A stretch of DNA of 64,000 nt from Eledone cirrhosa (taxonomy: Eukaryota). The translations under genes were made by a program, and so were the position numbers. Below the pieces are notes generated by a model, which was not told the origin of the DNA, did no database searches, and saw nothing but the letters and a program-made list of their open reading frames with translations. Positions within the stretch are counted from its first letter, which is position 1. Every line of letters begins with the position of its first letter. The stretch spans positions 52,390,001-52,454,000 of the forward strand of contig OZ024743.1 in the NCBI GenBank assembly GCA_964016885.1, read 5' to 3'. Shown in pieces: positions 1 through 14,060 of the stretch.

Positions 1-2332
1 AAATATCCCTCAGGCAGACAAAGTCATCGTGCTTGGTGACTTTAATGCTAGAGTGGGTAGGGATTTTAACACATGGAATGTAATCGGAAGGCATGGGGTG
101 GGAAAGTGTAACAGCAATGGTATGCTCCTGCTGCAGATGTGTGAGGAGCTGGATCTGTGTGAGGAGCTGGATCTGTGTGTTACCAACACCATATTCCAAC
201 AAAAGAACAAATTCAAGACCACATGGATGCATCCTGCATCTAAGGAATGGCATCTTTTGGACTACGTCCTAGTCAGGATGCGTGACAGACAGGATGTGCG
301 GTGTGTTCGTGTTCTTCGTGGAACTGAGTGCTGGACGGACCACCGCCTGGTACGCGCAAAAGTGAAACTAATCACTAAACGTAAAATCCAGGCTCCTGGT
401 GTTGCCCTGCCCAAAAGATTGAATGCTGCTCGTCTTAAGGATAAAAATGTGAAGAGGACATTGGAAGAAGAGATGCAGGCTGCAGATCTTGGTGAGGATT
501 GGCCGACCCTTAAAAAGTCGGTTTATGATGTAGGCAGGCGTGTTCTGGGATTGGCGCAGAGGAAATATCAGGACTGGTTTGATGAGAATGATGTACATAT
601 AGAAGACTTGTTGGCTGATAAGAGGCGTGCTCTGTCACGCTACTTGACGGCAAAACCACAGGAGAGGAATACGTTGCATGAGGAACTCAGGGATGTAAAA
701 TCACGTGTTAGGCGGAGTCTTTCTCAGATGAAGGATCAGTGGTGGAGTGAGAAGGCTGGTGAGATACAAGCTGCGTCTGATTCCAATAACACAAGGCTGT
801 TGTACAGTCTCTTGCGTGAGGTTTATGGACCGTCTTCTCTGGTGACACCGCTTCGAAGCAAGGATGGCAAAGAACTTCTTCGTGACTCACAGGGAATTCT
901 ACGAAGGTGGTGAGAGCACTTTGATGATCTTTTGAATCAGCCGTCTGTCGTCAGTGAAGATTTCCTCAATCTCATTCCAGAAAGTCCTGTGAAAGTAGCT
1001 CTCGCAGAACCTCCGACGCTTGTGGAGGTTGCAGTGGCTATTTCGAAGCTGAACAGTGGAAGATCTCCAGGTATGGATGGCATACATGCTGAGCTCCTAC
1101 AATATGGTGGTGAGAGACTCCAGCAACATCTTCACTCTTTGTTTGGCAGGATATGGGCTAATGAATCCGTACCTGAGGACTGGAGAGATGCAGTAATGGT
1201 GGTCTTGTACAAGGGAAAGGGTAACAGGAACGATTGTGGGAACTACAGGGTATATCATTGCTTTCTGTCGTAGGGAAAGTTTTATGTAGGGTGCTTCTGG
1301 ACCGTCTGCTGACACACATTGCAGATTGTGTTCTTCCTGAAAGTCAATCTGGTTTTCGTGCTGGACGCGGCACTACTGATATGATCTTCTTAGCTAGACA
1401 GCTCCAGGAGAAGTGCATGGAACAAGACTTGGATTTGTATCAGGTTTTTGTCGATCTTACGAAAGCTTTCGATACTGTTAACAGAGATGCATTATGGAAG
1501 GTTCTCCAGAAACTTGGTTGCCCTGATAAGTTCCTTGCTTTAGTTAGGTCTTTCCATGACGACATGAAGGCTTGGGTTAATGTCGGGGGTAACATGTCGG
1601 AGCCTATCTCAGTAAAAAGTGGAGTGAAGCTGGGGGATATTCCAGCACCGTCCCTGTTTGCCATATACTTTGCAATGGTTTTCTGTATTGTATTCAGGAA
1701 TTGCGAGCATGGTGTTTACATCCGATATCGAACCTCAGGCAACATATTTAACATCAGGCGCTTTGCTGCGAAGACAAAAGTATTTACATCAATCATAAGA
1801 GACCTCTTGTATGCAGATGATTGCGATCTGAAAGACGCTAACATCTCTGCTGATACATGGGAGAATATTGCTGCTGATCGTAATAAATGGAGAAAGATCG
1901 TAATAAATATGAGGGAAAAGTTGCCTTTGAGGCATCTCGAATCGCATACAAGAAAGCAAAGCGGGAAGTGAGGAAGGGCATTGCTATTGCACTTCCAGAC
2001 GGCGAGGGTCCTCCTATGGTGCTGACATGCGGCGTATGTGCGAGACTCTGCCTAAGCAAAGCTGGACTCGAAAGTCATCTTCGCAGTCATAAAGTAAGAT
2101 CAGTGGTTGACTACCAGGCTGCTGTTGGAGATGCTACTCATCATGCTTGCCAAACATGTGGTAGAGAATGTAAATCAGCAGGAGGGCTCAAGCGACATGC
2201 AAAAGTACACGAACTCCAACCACAGCCGACTATTCCCAGTGAATGTTTTGGTTGCCGACTCTGTGCAAGACATTTTAGATCATTGGCTGGGCTAAAAAGC
2301 CACATTCGATCGCAGCGCTGTTAGTTGCTATC

Positions 2333-2364
<32 letters not shown>

Positions 2365-2570
2365 GCTTGTGTGTGCGTGTGTGTGTATATATATATGTAT
2401 ATGTATATTATTATTGTTGTAGTCGTTATTATTATTGTTGTTATTATTATTATTATTATTAATGTATGTGTGTGTGCATATGTGTGTGTGAGTGTGTGTG
2501 TGTGTGTGTGTATATGTGTATGTATATGTATATATATATATATTTCTTTTTTTTATTTTTATTTTCTTTT

Positions 2571-2606
<36 letters not shown>

Positions 2607-2660
2607 TTTTTTTTTTTCTCGTGCAATGGCCATACTCGATAACGAGGGGGCAGCCATCAT
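1..2660 (+). mobile_element. RTE-clade (BovB-like) LINE, degenerate; 5' part lies outside the window
   Basis: APE motifs ([25 protein letters not shown]) and RT motifs (PESQSGFR, FVDLTKAFDTV, LLYADD). Stop at 911-913, frameshift near 1250, large deletion just after YADDCDL (~1830), in-frame 18-bp duplication near 138-175. The 3' UTR is split by microsatellite; tail motif at 2618-2660 then (TGTA)n. Confidence 0.93.
2028..2324 (+). pseudogene. C-terminal array of three C2H2-type zinc fingers of the RTE ORF
   Basis: CGVCARLCLSKAGLESHLRSH, CQTCGRECKSAGGLKRHAKVH and [23 protein letters not shown] in ORF 1887-2324. Confidence 0.85.
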
Positions 2661-2952
2661 GTATGTATGTATGTACATATGTGTGTATGTATGTATCTAT
2701 ATATATGTATATATGTATATGTATGTATATATATATATGTATATATATATATATGTGTATGAATATTTGTATATATATATGTATATATATATATGTATGT
2801 ATATATCTATATGTATGTATGTATATATCTATATATATGTATGTATATGTCTATATATATTTATATATATATATGTATATGCATGTATATATGTATATAT
2901 ATATATGTATGTGTATGTATATATGTATATATCTATATATATCTATATATAT

Positions 2953-3451
2953 CCGGGAGAGATGACCCCTTACCCTTTGTCAAGGTAGAATTCTAGGAGA
3001 AGGAAAACTCTGATATAACACCTGCAACCCTGATGGTATCCAATGATGTTGACCTGTTTTTCGTTTTGGTAAATATCATCTTGGTTAAGAGAGTGGGACT
3101 GGTTTTGTGCAGTGCTTTTGTTCACTATAAAAGCTTCACGGCACAGGCATTGCTTTATATCTGGAGATCTCTCTGCACTTCTCATCACATGGTACCACGG
3201 GCCCAGCACTATGTGTCAATAATTGTTACAAGTGTAGTGTTTGTACCAGAGTTTTCAAGCTGCTGGCTGGACTATAAAGGCACACTCGTTCAGCGCATCG
3301 GTAGGAGTTCCCCTACATGGATATAAAGTAGTGGCCGTACTCGAAAACGAGTTTGCAGCCACCACCATGTATGTATGTATGTATGTATGTATGTATGTAT
3401 GTATGTATGTATGTATGTATGTATGTATGTATGTATGTATGTATGTATGTA
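2953..3451 (+). mobile_element. Bipartite non-autonomous RTE derivative (5' UTR + last zinc finger + 3' tail), 5'-truncated copy
   Basis: Close inverted paralog at 46202-46616. The 5' part aligns by eye to the RTE 5' UTR at 42385-42590; the 3' part reads [18 protein letters not shown]; ends GCAGCCACCACC(ATGT)n. Confidence 0.85.
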
Positions 3452-3701
3452 TCCAAAATGGCTGAGGGAATATTCACGTGTATTTTTTTTTTCTCAATTT
3501 GTTTTTCCGTTCCTTCCTCTTCTCACTCTCTTTCTATTTCATCTTTTATTTCTCAGTCTAACTTGTGATAAAGGACCAGTGTCCGAAATATTAAAACTCT
3601 TTTCCTATCATTTCAAGCGATAAATTAATATATTTCTTCATTGTAGTGTCATTTGTTTTGTTATTTCTGTTACCTTTTTACACACATACATGTATGTATG
3701 T

Positions 3702-3715
3702 GGTAGTAGTAGTAA

Positions 3716-3801
<86 letters not shown>
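3702..3801. repeat. (GTA)n microsatellite
   Basis: Direct reading. Confidence 0.95.
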
Positions 3802-4077
3802 ATGGGGTTATACTTGTTGTTCATCTCTCTTGTAACCCCTTTCTTCATTTCCTCCCTCTCCCTAGTGGCGACTAAACAGGAAATAGTTCTCTGTACATGA
3901 TTAATCGGTTGTTGGTCTATCTTCTCCTCTGATACTGGAGAGTCGCATCTGTTATTTCCCCTTCCTACCTATTTACGGCAACTTAAGCCCTCTATGATAA
4001 TGGAGATTCTCAGGGAATACATACACATACGGACCGGACATACAGACACACATGTATATATACGTATATTTATATGG

Positions 4078-4162
<85 letters not shown>

Positions 4163-4207
4163 TATATACATATATATATGTATATATATATATATATATA
4201 TACCCAG

Positions 4208-4244
<37 letters not shown>

Positions 4245-4289
4245 CGTGTGTCTGTGTATATATGTATATATATATATATGTATATGTTT

Positions 4290-4340
<51 letters not shown>

Positions 4341-4774
4341 CACACACATGCATATATATTTGCGTGTGTGTGGATATATATATATATCACAGATTATTCT
4401 CTGTTACTAATCTGAGTTATACACACACACGCACACACAACACACCCACGCACGCGCAGGCACCCACCCACTTACACGCAGATACAACACACATACGCAG
4501 ACACACATACGCAGACACACACACACACGTGTGCGTATGTGTGTGTGTCTGCGTGTCTGCGTGTGTCTGCGCGCACATGTGCGTGTGTGTGTCTGCGTGT
4601 GTGTGTCTGCGTGTGTGTGTGTGTGTATCTACGCTTCAGTTAAAGATATGTCGTTTTAATTTATTTTCATCAATATTTAGTGATTTTTTTTCGTTCTATT
4701 TTAAAAAGCCATCTGTTTGAAGTATGTGTGTGTATTGTATTGTATATGTGTGTGTTGAGTGTGTTGTATGTAGG

Positions 4775-7700
4775 TATATACTGTCCTAGTATGTAGTATG
4801 TACTGTCCTAGTATGTAGCTATATATTTGTCCTGGTGTGTAGCTATATACTGTCCTAGTATGTAGTATATCCTGTCTTAGTATGTAGTATATACTGTCCT
4901 AGTATGTAGTATATACTGTCCTAGTATGTAGTATATACTGTCCTGGTGTGTAGCTATATACTGTCCTAGTATGTAGTATATCCTGTCCTAGTATGTAGTA
5001 TATACTGTCCTAGTATGTAGTATATACTCTCCTAGTATGTAGTATATACTGTCCTAGTATGTAGCTATATACTGTCCTAGTGTGTAGCTATATACTGTGC
5101 TAGTATGTAGTATATACTGTGCTAGTATGTAGTATATACTGTCCTAGTGTGTAATATATACTGTCCTAGTATGTAGTATACACTGTCCTAGTATGTAGTA
5201 TATACTGTCCTAGTGTGTAGTATATACTGTCCTAGTGTGTAGTATATACTGTCCTAGTATGTAGTATATACTGTCCTAGTGTGTAGTATATACTGTCCTA
5301 GTGTGTAGTATATACTGTCCTAGTATGTAGCTATATACTGTCCTAGTATGTAGTATATACTGTCCTAGTGTGTAATATATACTGTCCTAGTATGTAGTAT
5401 ATACTGTCCTAGTATGTAGTATATACTGTCCTAGTGTGTAGCTATATACTGTCCTAGTGTGTAATATATACTGTCCTAGTGTGTAGTATATACTGTCCTA
5501 GTATGTAGTATATACTGTCCTAGTGTGTAGTATATACTGTCCTAGTGTGTAGTATATACTGTCCTAGTATGTAGTATATACTGTCCTAGTGTGTAGTATA
5601 TACTGTCCTAGTATGTAGTATATACTGTCCTAGTGTGTAGTATATACTGTCCTAGTATGTAGTATATACTGTCCTAGTGTGTAGTATATACTGTCCTAGT
5701 GTGTAGTATATACTGTCCTAGTGTGTAGTATATACTGTCCTAGTGTGTAATATATACTGTCCTAGTGTGTAGTATATACTGTCCTAGTATGTAGTATATA
5801 CTGTCCTAGTGTGTAGTATATACTGTCCTAGTATGTAGTATATACTGTCCTAGTGTGTAGTATATACTGTCCTAGTACGTAGCTATATACTGTCCTAGTA
5901 TGTAGGTATATACTGTCCTAGTGTGTAGTATATACTGTCCTAGTGTGTAGTATATACTGTCCTAGTGTGTAGTATATACTGTCCTAGTGTGTAGCTATAT
6001 ACTGTCCTAGTACGTAGTTATATACTGTTCCTAGTGTGTAGTATATACTGTCCTAGTATGTAGTATATACTGTCCTAGTGTGTAGTATATACTGTCCTAG
6101 TATGTAGCTATATACTGTCCTAGTACGTAGTTATATACTGTTCCTAGTGTGTAGTATATACTGTCCTAGTGTGTAGCTATATACTGTGCTAGTATGTAGT
6201 ATATACTGTCCTAGTATGTAGTATATACTGTCCTAGTATGTAGTATATACTGTCCTGGTGTGTAGCTATATACTGTCCTAGTATGTAGTATATCCTGTCC
6301 TAGTATGTAGTATATACTGTCCTAGTATGTAGTATATACTGTCCTAGTGTGTAGCTATATACTGTCCTAATATGTAGTATATACTGTGCTAGTATGTAGT
6401 ATATACTGTCCTAGTATGTAGTATATACTGTCCTAGTGTGTAGTATATACTGTCCTAGTGTGTAGTATATACTGTCCTAGTATGTAGTATATACTGTTCC
6501 TAGTGTGTAGTATATACTGTCCCAGTGTGTAGCTATATACTGTGCTAGTATGTAGTATATACTGTCCTAGTATGTAGTATATACTGTCCTAGTGTGTAGT
6601 ATATACTGTCCTAGTGTGTAGTATATACTGTCCTAGTATGTAGTATATACTGTTCCTAGTGTGTAGTATATACTGTCCCAGTGTGTAGCTATATACTGTG
6701 CTAGTATGTAGTATATACTGTCCTAGTATGTAGTATATACTGTCCTAGTGTGTAGTATATACTGTCCTAGTGTGTAGTATATACTGTCCTAGTGTGTAGC
6801 TATATACTGTCCTAGTGTGCAGCTATATACTGTTCCTAGTACGTAGCTATATACTGTTCCTAGTGTGTAGTATATACTGTCCTAGTGTGTAGCTATATAC
6901 TGTCCTAGTGTGTAGCTATATACTGTGCTAGTATGTAGTATATACTGTCCTAGTGTGTAGTATATACTGTCCTAGTATGTAGTATATACTGTCCTAGTGT
7001 GTAGCTATATACTGTGCTAGTATGTAGTATATACTGTCCTAGTGTGTAGTATATACTGTGCTAGTGTGTAGTATATACTGTCCTAGTATGTAGTTATATA
7101 CTGTTCCTAGTGTGTAGTATATACTGTCCTAGTGTGTAGCTATATACTGTGCTAGTATGTAGTATATACTGTCCCAGTATGTAGCTATATGCTGTCCTAA
7201 TATGTAGTATATACTGTCCTAGTGTGTAGTATATACTGTCCTAGTGTGTAGTATATACTGTCCTAGTATGTAGCTATATACTGTCCTAATTTGTAGTATA
7301 TACTGTCAAAGTATGTAGCTATATACTGTCCTAGTATGTAGTTATTTACTGTGCTAGTATGTAGTATATACTGTCCTAGTATGTAGTATATACTGTCCTA
7401 GTATGTAGTATATACTGTCCTAGTATGTATCTATATACTGTCCTAATATGTAGTATATACTGTCCTAGTGTGTAGTATATACTGTCCTAGTATGTAGCTA
7501 TATACTGTCCTAATATGTAGTATATACTGTACTAGTGTGTAGTATATACTGTCCTAATATGTAGTATATACTCTCCTAGTGTGTAGTATATACTGTCCTA
7601 GTGTGTAGTATATACTCTCCTAGTATGTAGTATATACTGTCCTAGTATGTAGTATATACTGTCCTAGTATGTAGTATATACTGTCAAAGTATGTAGTATA

Positions 7701-10700
7701 TACTGTCCTAGTGTGTAGCTATTTACTGTCCTATTGTGTAGTATATACTGTCCTAGTGTGTAGTATATACTGTACTAGGACAGTATATACTACACGCTAG
7801 GACAGTATATACTACACACTAGGACAGTATATAGCTTCATACTAGGACAGTATATACTGTCCTAGTGTGTAGTATATACTGTCCTAGTGTGTAGTATATA
7901 CTGTCCTAGTGTGTAGTATATGCTGTCCTAGTATGTAGTATATACTGTCCTAGTATGTAGTATATATTGTCCTAGTATGTAGTATATATTGTCCTAGTAT
8001 GTAGCTATATACTGTCCTAGTATGTGTATATACTGTCCTAGTATGTAGCTATATACTGTCCTAATATGTAGTATATACTGTCCTAGTATGTAGCTATATA
8101 CTTTCGTAGTATGTAGTATATACTTTCCTAGTATGTAGCTATATACGGTCCTAGTATGTAGCTATATACTGTCCTAGTACGTAGTATATACTGTCCTAGC
8201 GTGTAGTATGTACTGTCCTAATATGTAGTATATACTGTCCTAGTGTGTAGTATATACTGTCCTAGTATGTAGTATATACTGTCCTAGTGTGTAGTATATA
8301 CTGTCCTAGTATGTAGTATATACTGTCCTAGTGTGTAGTATATACTGTCCTAGTATGTAGTATATACTGTCCTAGTGTGTAGTATATACTGTCCTAGTAT
8401 GTAGTATATACTGTCCTAGTGTGTAGTATATACTGTCCTAGTGTGTAGTATATACTGTCCTAGTGTGTAGTATATACTGTCCTAGTGTGTAATTTATACT
8501 GTCCTAGTATGTAGTATATACTGTCCTAGTATGTAGTATATACTGTCCTAGTGTGTAGTATATACTGTCCTAGTATGTAGCAATATACTGTCCTAGTTTG
8601 TAGCTATATACAGTCCTAGTATGTAGTTATATACTTTCCTAGTATGTAGTATATACTGTCCTAGTATGTAGTATATAATGTCCTAGTGTGTAGTTATAGA
8701 CTGTCCTAGTGTGTAGTATATACTGTCCTAGTGTGTAGTATATGCTGTCCTAGTATGTAGTATATACTTTCCCAGTATGTAGTATATACTGTCCTACTAT
8801 GTAGCTATATACTGTCCTAGTATGTCGCTATATACTGTCCTAATATGAAGCTATATACTGTCCTAGTGTGTAGTATATACTGTCCTAGTGTGTAGTATAT
8901 GCTGTCCTAGTATGTAGTATATACTGTCCTAGTATGTAGCTATATATTGTCCTAGTATGTAGTATATATTGTCCTAGTATGTAGCTATATACTGTCCTAG
9001 TATGTAGCTATATACTGTCCTAGTATGTAGTATATACTGTCCTAGTGTGTAGCTATATACTGTCCTAGTATGTAGCTATATACTGTCCTAGTATGTAGCT
9101 ATATACTGTCCTAGTATGTAGTATATACTCTCCTAGTATGTAGTATATACTGTCCTAGTGTGTAATATATACTGTCCTAGTGTGTAGTATATACTGTCCT
9201 AGTGTGTAGTATATACTGTTCTAGTTTGTAGTATATACTGTCCTAATATGTAGTATATACTGTCCTAGTGTGTACTATATACTGTCTTAGTGTGTAGTAT
9301 ATACTGTTCTAGTATGTAGTATATACTGTCCTAGTGTGTAGTACATACTGTTCTAGTATGTAGTATATACTGTCCTAGTGTGTAGTATATACTGTCTTAG
9401 TATGTAGTATATACTGTCCTAGTGTGTAGTATATACTCTCCTAGTATGTAGTATATACTGTCCTAGTGTGTAGTATATACTGTCCTAGTGTGTAGTATAT
9501 ACTGTTCTACTATGTAGTATATACTGTCCAAGTGTGTAGTATATACTGTCCTAGTGTGTACTATATACTGTCCTAGTATGTAGTATATACTGTTCTAGTA
9601 TGTAGTATATACTGTCCTAGTGTGTAGTGTATACTGTCCTAGTATGTAGCTATATACTGTCCTAGTATGTAGCTATATACTGTTGTAGTATGTAGTATAT
9701 ACTGTCCTAGTATGTAGTATATAATGTCCTAGTATGTAGTATATACTGTCCTAGTATGTAGCTGTATACTGTCCTAATATGTAGTATATACTGTCCTAGT
9801 GTGTAGTATATACTGTCCTAGTGTGTAGTATATACTGTCCTAGTATGTAGCTATATACTGTCCTAATATGTAGTATATACTCTCCTAGTATGTAGTATAT
9901 ACTGTCCTAGTGTGTAGTATATACTCTCCTAGTATGTAGTATATACTGTCCTAGTATGTAGCTATATACTGTCCTAGTGTGTAGTATATACTGTCCTAGT
10001 ATGTAGCTATATACTGTCCCAGTATGTAGTATATACTCTCCTAGTATGTAGTATATACTGTCCTAGTGTGTAGCTATATACTGTTCTAGTATATGGTATA
10101 TACTGTCCTAGTGTGTAGTATATACTGTCCTAGTATGTAGCTATATACTGTCCTAATATGTAGTATATACTCTCCTAGTATGTAGTATATACTGTCCTAG
10201 TGTGTAGTATATACTCTCCTAGTATGTAGTATATACTGTCCTAGTATGTAGCTATATACTGTCCTAGTATGTAGTATATACTGTCCTAGTATGTAGTATA
10301 TACTGTCCTAGTATGTAGTTATATACTGTCCTAGTATGTAGTATATACTGTCCTAGTATGTAGTATATACTGTCCTAGTGTGTAGTATATACTGTCCTAG
10401 TATGTAGCTATATACTGTCCTAGTATGTAGCTATATTCTGTTCTAGTATGTAGTATATACTGTCCTAGTATGTAGTATATACTGTCCTAGTGTGTAGTAT
10501 ATACTGTCCTAGTGTGTAGTGTATACTGTCCTAGTATGTAGCTATATACTGTCCTAGTATGTAGCTATATACTGTTCTAGTATGTAGTATATACTGTCCT
10601 AGTATGTAGTATATAATGTCCTAGTATGTAGTATATACTGTCCTAGTATGTAGCTGTATACTGTCCTAATATGTAGCTATATACTGTCCTAGTATGTAGC

Positions 10701-13523
10701 TATATACTGTTCTAATATGTAGTATATACTGTCCTAGTGTGTAATATATACTGTCCTAGTATGTAGTATATACTGTCCTAGTATGTAGCTGTATACTGTC
10801 CTAATATGTAGTATATATTGTCCTAGTGTGTAGTATATACTGTCCTAGTGTGTAGTATATACTGTCCTAGTATGTAGCTATATACTGTCCTAATATGTAG
10901 TATATACTCTCCTAGTATGTAGTATATACTGTCCTAGTGTGTAGTATATACTCTCCTAGTATGTAGTATATACTGTCCTAGTATGTAGCTATATACTGTC
11001 CCAGTGTGTAGTATATACTGTCCTAGTATGTAGCTATATACTGTCCCAGTATGTAGTATATACTCTCCTAGTATGTAGTATATACTGTCCTAGTGTGTAG
11101 CTATATACTGTTCTAGTATATGGTATATACTGTCCTAGTATGTAGTATATACTGTCAAAGTATGTAGTATATACTGTCCTAGTATGTAGTATATACTGTC
11201 CTAGTGTGTAGCTATATACTGTTCTAGTATATGGTATATACTGTCCTAGTATGTAGTATATACTGTCAAAGTATGTAGCTATATACTGTCCTAGTATGTA
11301 GCTATATACTGTCCTAGTGTGTAGTATATACTGTCCTAGTATGTAGTATATACTGTCCTAGTATGTAGTATATACTGTCCTAGTGTGTATTATATACTGT
11401 CCTAGTATGTAGTATATACTCTTCTAGTGTGTAGTATATACTGTCAAAGTATGTAGCTATATACTGTCCTAGTATGTAGTATATACTGTCGTAGTGTGTA
11501 GCTATATACTGTCAAAGTATGTAGTATATACTGTCCTAGTGTGTAGTATATACTGTCCTAGTGTGTAGTATATACTGTGAAAGTATGTAGTATATACTGT
11601 CCTAGTGTGTAGTATATACTGTCCTAGTGTGTAGTATATACTGTCCTAGTATGTAGTATATACTGTCCCAGTGTGTAGTATATACTGTCCTAGTGTGTAG
11701 TATATACTGTCCTAGTATGTAGTTATATACTGTCCTAGTGTGTAGTATATACTGTCAAAGTATGTAGCTATATACTGTCCTAGTGTGTAGTATATACTGT
11801 CCTAGTGTGTAGTATATACTGTCCTAGTATGTAGTATATACTGTCCTAGTATGTAGTATATACTGTCCTAGTGTGTAGTATATACTGTCCTAGTGTGTAG
11901 TATATACTGTCCTAGTATGTAGTATATACTGTCCTAGTATGTAGCTTTATACTGTCCTAGTATGTAGCTATATACTGTCCTAGTATGTAGTATATACTGT
12001 CCTAGTGTGTAGTATATACTGTACTAATATGTAGTATATACTGTCCTAGTATGTAGCTATATACTGTCCTAATATGTAGTATATACTGTCCTAGTGTGTA
12101 GTATATACTGTCCTAGTATGTAGTATATACTGTCGTAGTGTGTAGCTATATACTGTCAAGTGTGTAGCTATATACTGTCAAAGTATGTAGTATATACTGT
12201 CCTAGTATGTAGTATATACTGTCAAAGTATGTAGCTATATACCGTCCTAATATGTAATATATACTATCCTAGCGTGTAGCTATATACTGTCCTAGTGTGT
12301 AGTATATACTGTCCTAGTATGTAGTATATACTGTCCTAGTATGTAGCTATATACTGTCCTAGTATGTAGCTATATACTGTCCTAATATGTAGTATATACT
12401 GTCCTAGTGTGTAGTATATACTGTCCTAGTATGTAGTATATACTGTCCTAGTATGTAGCTATATACTGTCCTAATATGTAGTATATACTGTCCTAGTGTG
12501 TAGTATATACTGTCCTAGTGTGTAGTATATACTGTCCTAGTATGTAGCTATATACTGTCCTAATATGTAGTATATACTGTCCTAGTGTGTAGTATATACT
12601 CTCCTAGTATGTAGTATATACTGTCCTAGTGTGTAGTATATACTGTCCTAGTATGTAGCTATATACTGTCCTAATATGTAGTATATACTGTCCTAGTATG
12701 TAGCTATATACTGTCCTAGTATGTAGTATATACTCTCCTAGTGTGTAGTATATACTGTCCTAGTGTGTAGTATATACTGTCCTAGTGTGTAGTATATACT
12801 GTCCTAGTATGTAGTATATACTGTCCTAGTGTGTAGTATATACTGTCCTAGTGTGTAGTATATACTGTCCTAGTATGTAGTATATACTGTCCTAGTATGT
12901 AGTATATACTGTCCTAGTGTGTAGTATATACTGTCCTAGTGTGTAGTATATACTGTCCTAGTATGTAGTATATACTGTCCTAGTATGTAGTATATACTGT
13001 CCTAGTGTGTAGTATATACTGTCCTAGTGTGTAGTATATACTGTCCTAGTATGTAGTATATACTGTCCTAGTATGTAGCTTTATACTGTCCTAGTATGTA
13101 GCTATATACTGTCCTAGTATGTAGTATATACTGTCCTAGTGTGTAGTATATACTGTCCTAGTATGTAGTATATACTGTGCTAGTATGTAGCTATATACTG
13201 TCCTAGTATGTAGTATATACTGTCCTAGTGTGTAGTATATACTGTCCTAGTGTGTAGTATATACTGTCCTAGTGTGTAGTATATACTGTCCTAGTATGTA
13301 GTATATACTGTCCTAGTATGTAGTATATACTCTCCTAGTGTGTAGTATGTACTGTCCTAGTATGTAGCTATATACTGTCCTAGTGTGTAGTATATACTGT
13401 CCTAGTATGTAGTATATACTGTCCTCGTATGTAGCTATATACTGTCCTAGTATGTAGCTATATACTGTCCTAGTGTGTAGCTATTTATTGTCCTATTGTG
13501 TAGCTATATACTGTCCTAGTGTG
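4775..13523. repeat. 22/23-bp satellite array, about 390 units, consensus CTGTCCTAGTRTGTAG(C)TATATA
   Basis: Continuous tandem array; each unit junction gives the palindrome AGTATATACT; short inverted block at 7773-7858. Confidence 0.98.
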
Positions 13524-13994
13524 TTTATTGTGGGTTGTATATGTTGTTTTTAAATTAAGATTTATTCTAGTCTGTGTGGCTATTTAAAGATGTGTGATGA
13601 TATTGTATTTTTTATATTGTTTATATTGTTAAAAAATAAATAATTAAAAAAAATAATAATTGTTTCTTTTATTATACAAAACATAAATAAATTTACAGTA
13701 GAATAACATAACAAATATATTTTAAATATATACATAAATAACATTACAAATGCTTAAAATTTAAAGATTATATTGGCATCTGTCGGTTTGGAAAGACCAT
13801 AGATCAGTGCCTGGATCATGCCAGCTGTTGGTGGTGCAGCTTCTGTTACTGTACAGGCCTGCACAATGTGTTTGTGTGTGTGTATATATTTACCCAACGA
13901 TTCAACAAAAAGAAATCTATAAAATATACATCAAACGTTAAAAACAAAGACTGGAAATAACTACTGGTGTCAGTACGACGAACTAAATCCTTTC

Positions 13995-14060
13995 AAGGAG
14001 GAGCCCCAGCCTGGCCGCAGTCTAATAACGGAAACAAGTAAAAAAAGAAATGAAATAAAT
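13995..14060 (+). mobile_element. SINE/LINE 3' tail fragment (GCCCCAGCMTGGCC...GAAACAAGTAAAA)
   Basis: Same motif recurs three times at 15790-15960 and at 45481-45540. Confidence 0.6.

Noticed and set aside
1887-2324. Host C2H2 zinc-finger transcription factor gene
   Set aside because: Contiguous with the RTE ORF, no TGEKP linkers, followed by the RTE tail.
2335-4720. YI/CV/HT-rich ORFs here and throughout the window
   Set aside because: Translations of (TA)n, (TG)n and (CA)n microsatellites.
4775-13523. Telomeric repeat
   Set aside because: Not TTAGGG/TTAGG-like, heterogeneous 22/23-bp unit, internal location.
13765-13870. Possible host exon (GC-richer island, short minus-strand frame)
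   Set aside because: No recognisable domain, splice context or supporting exons.
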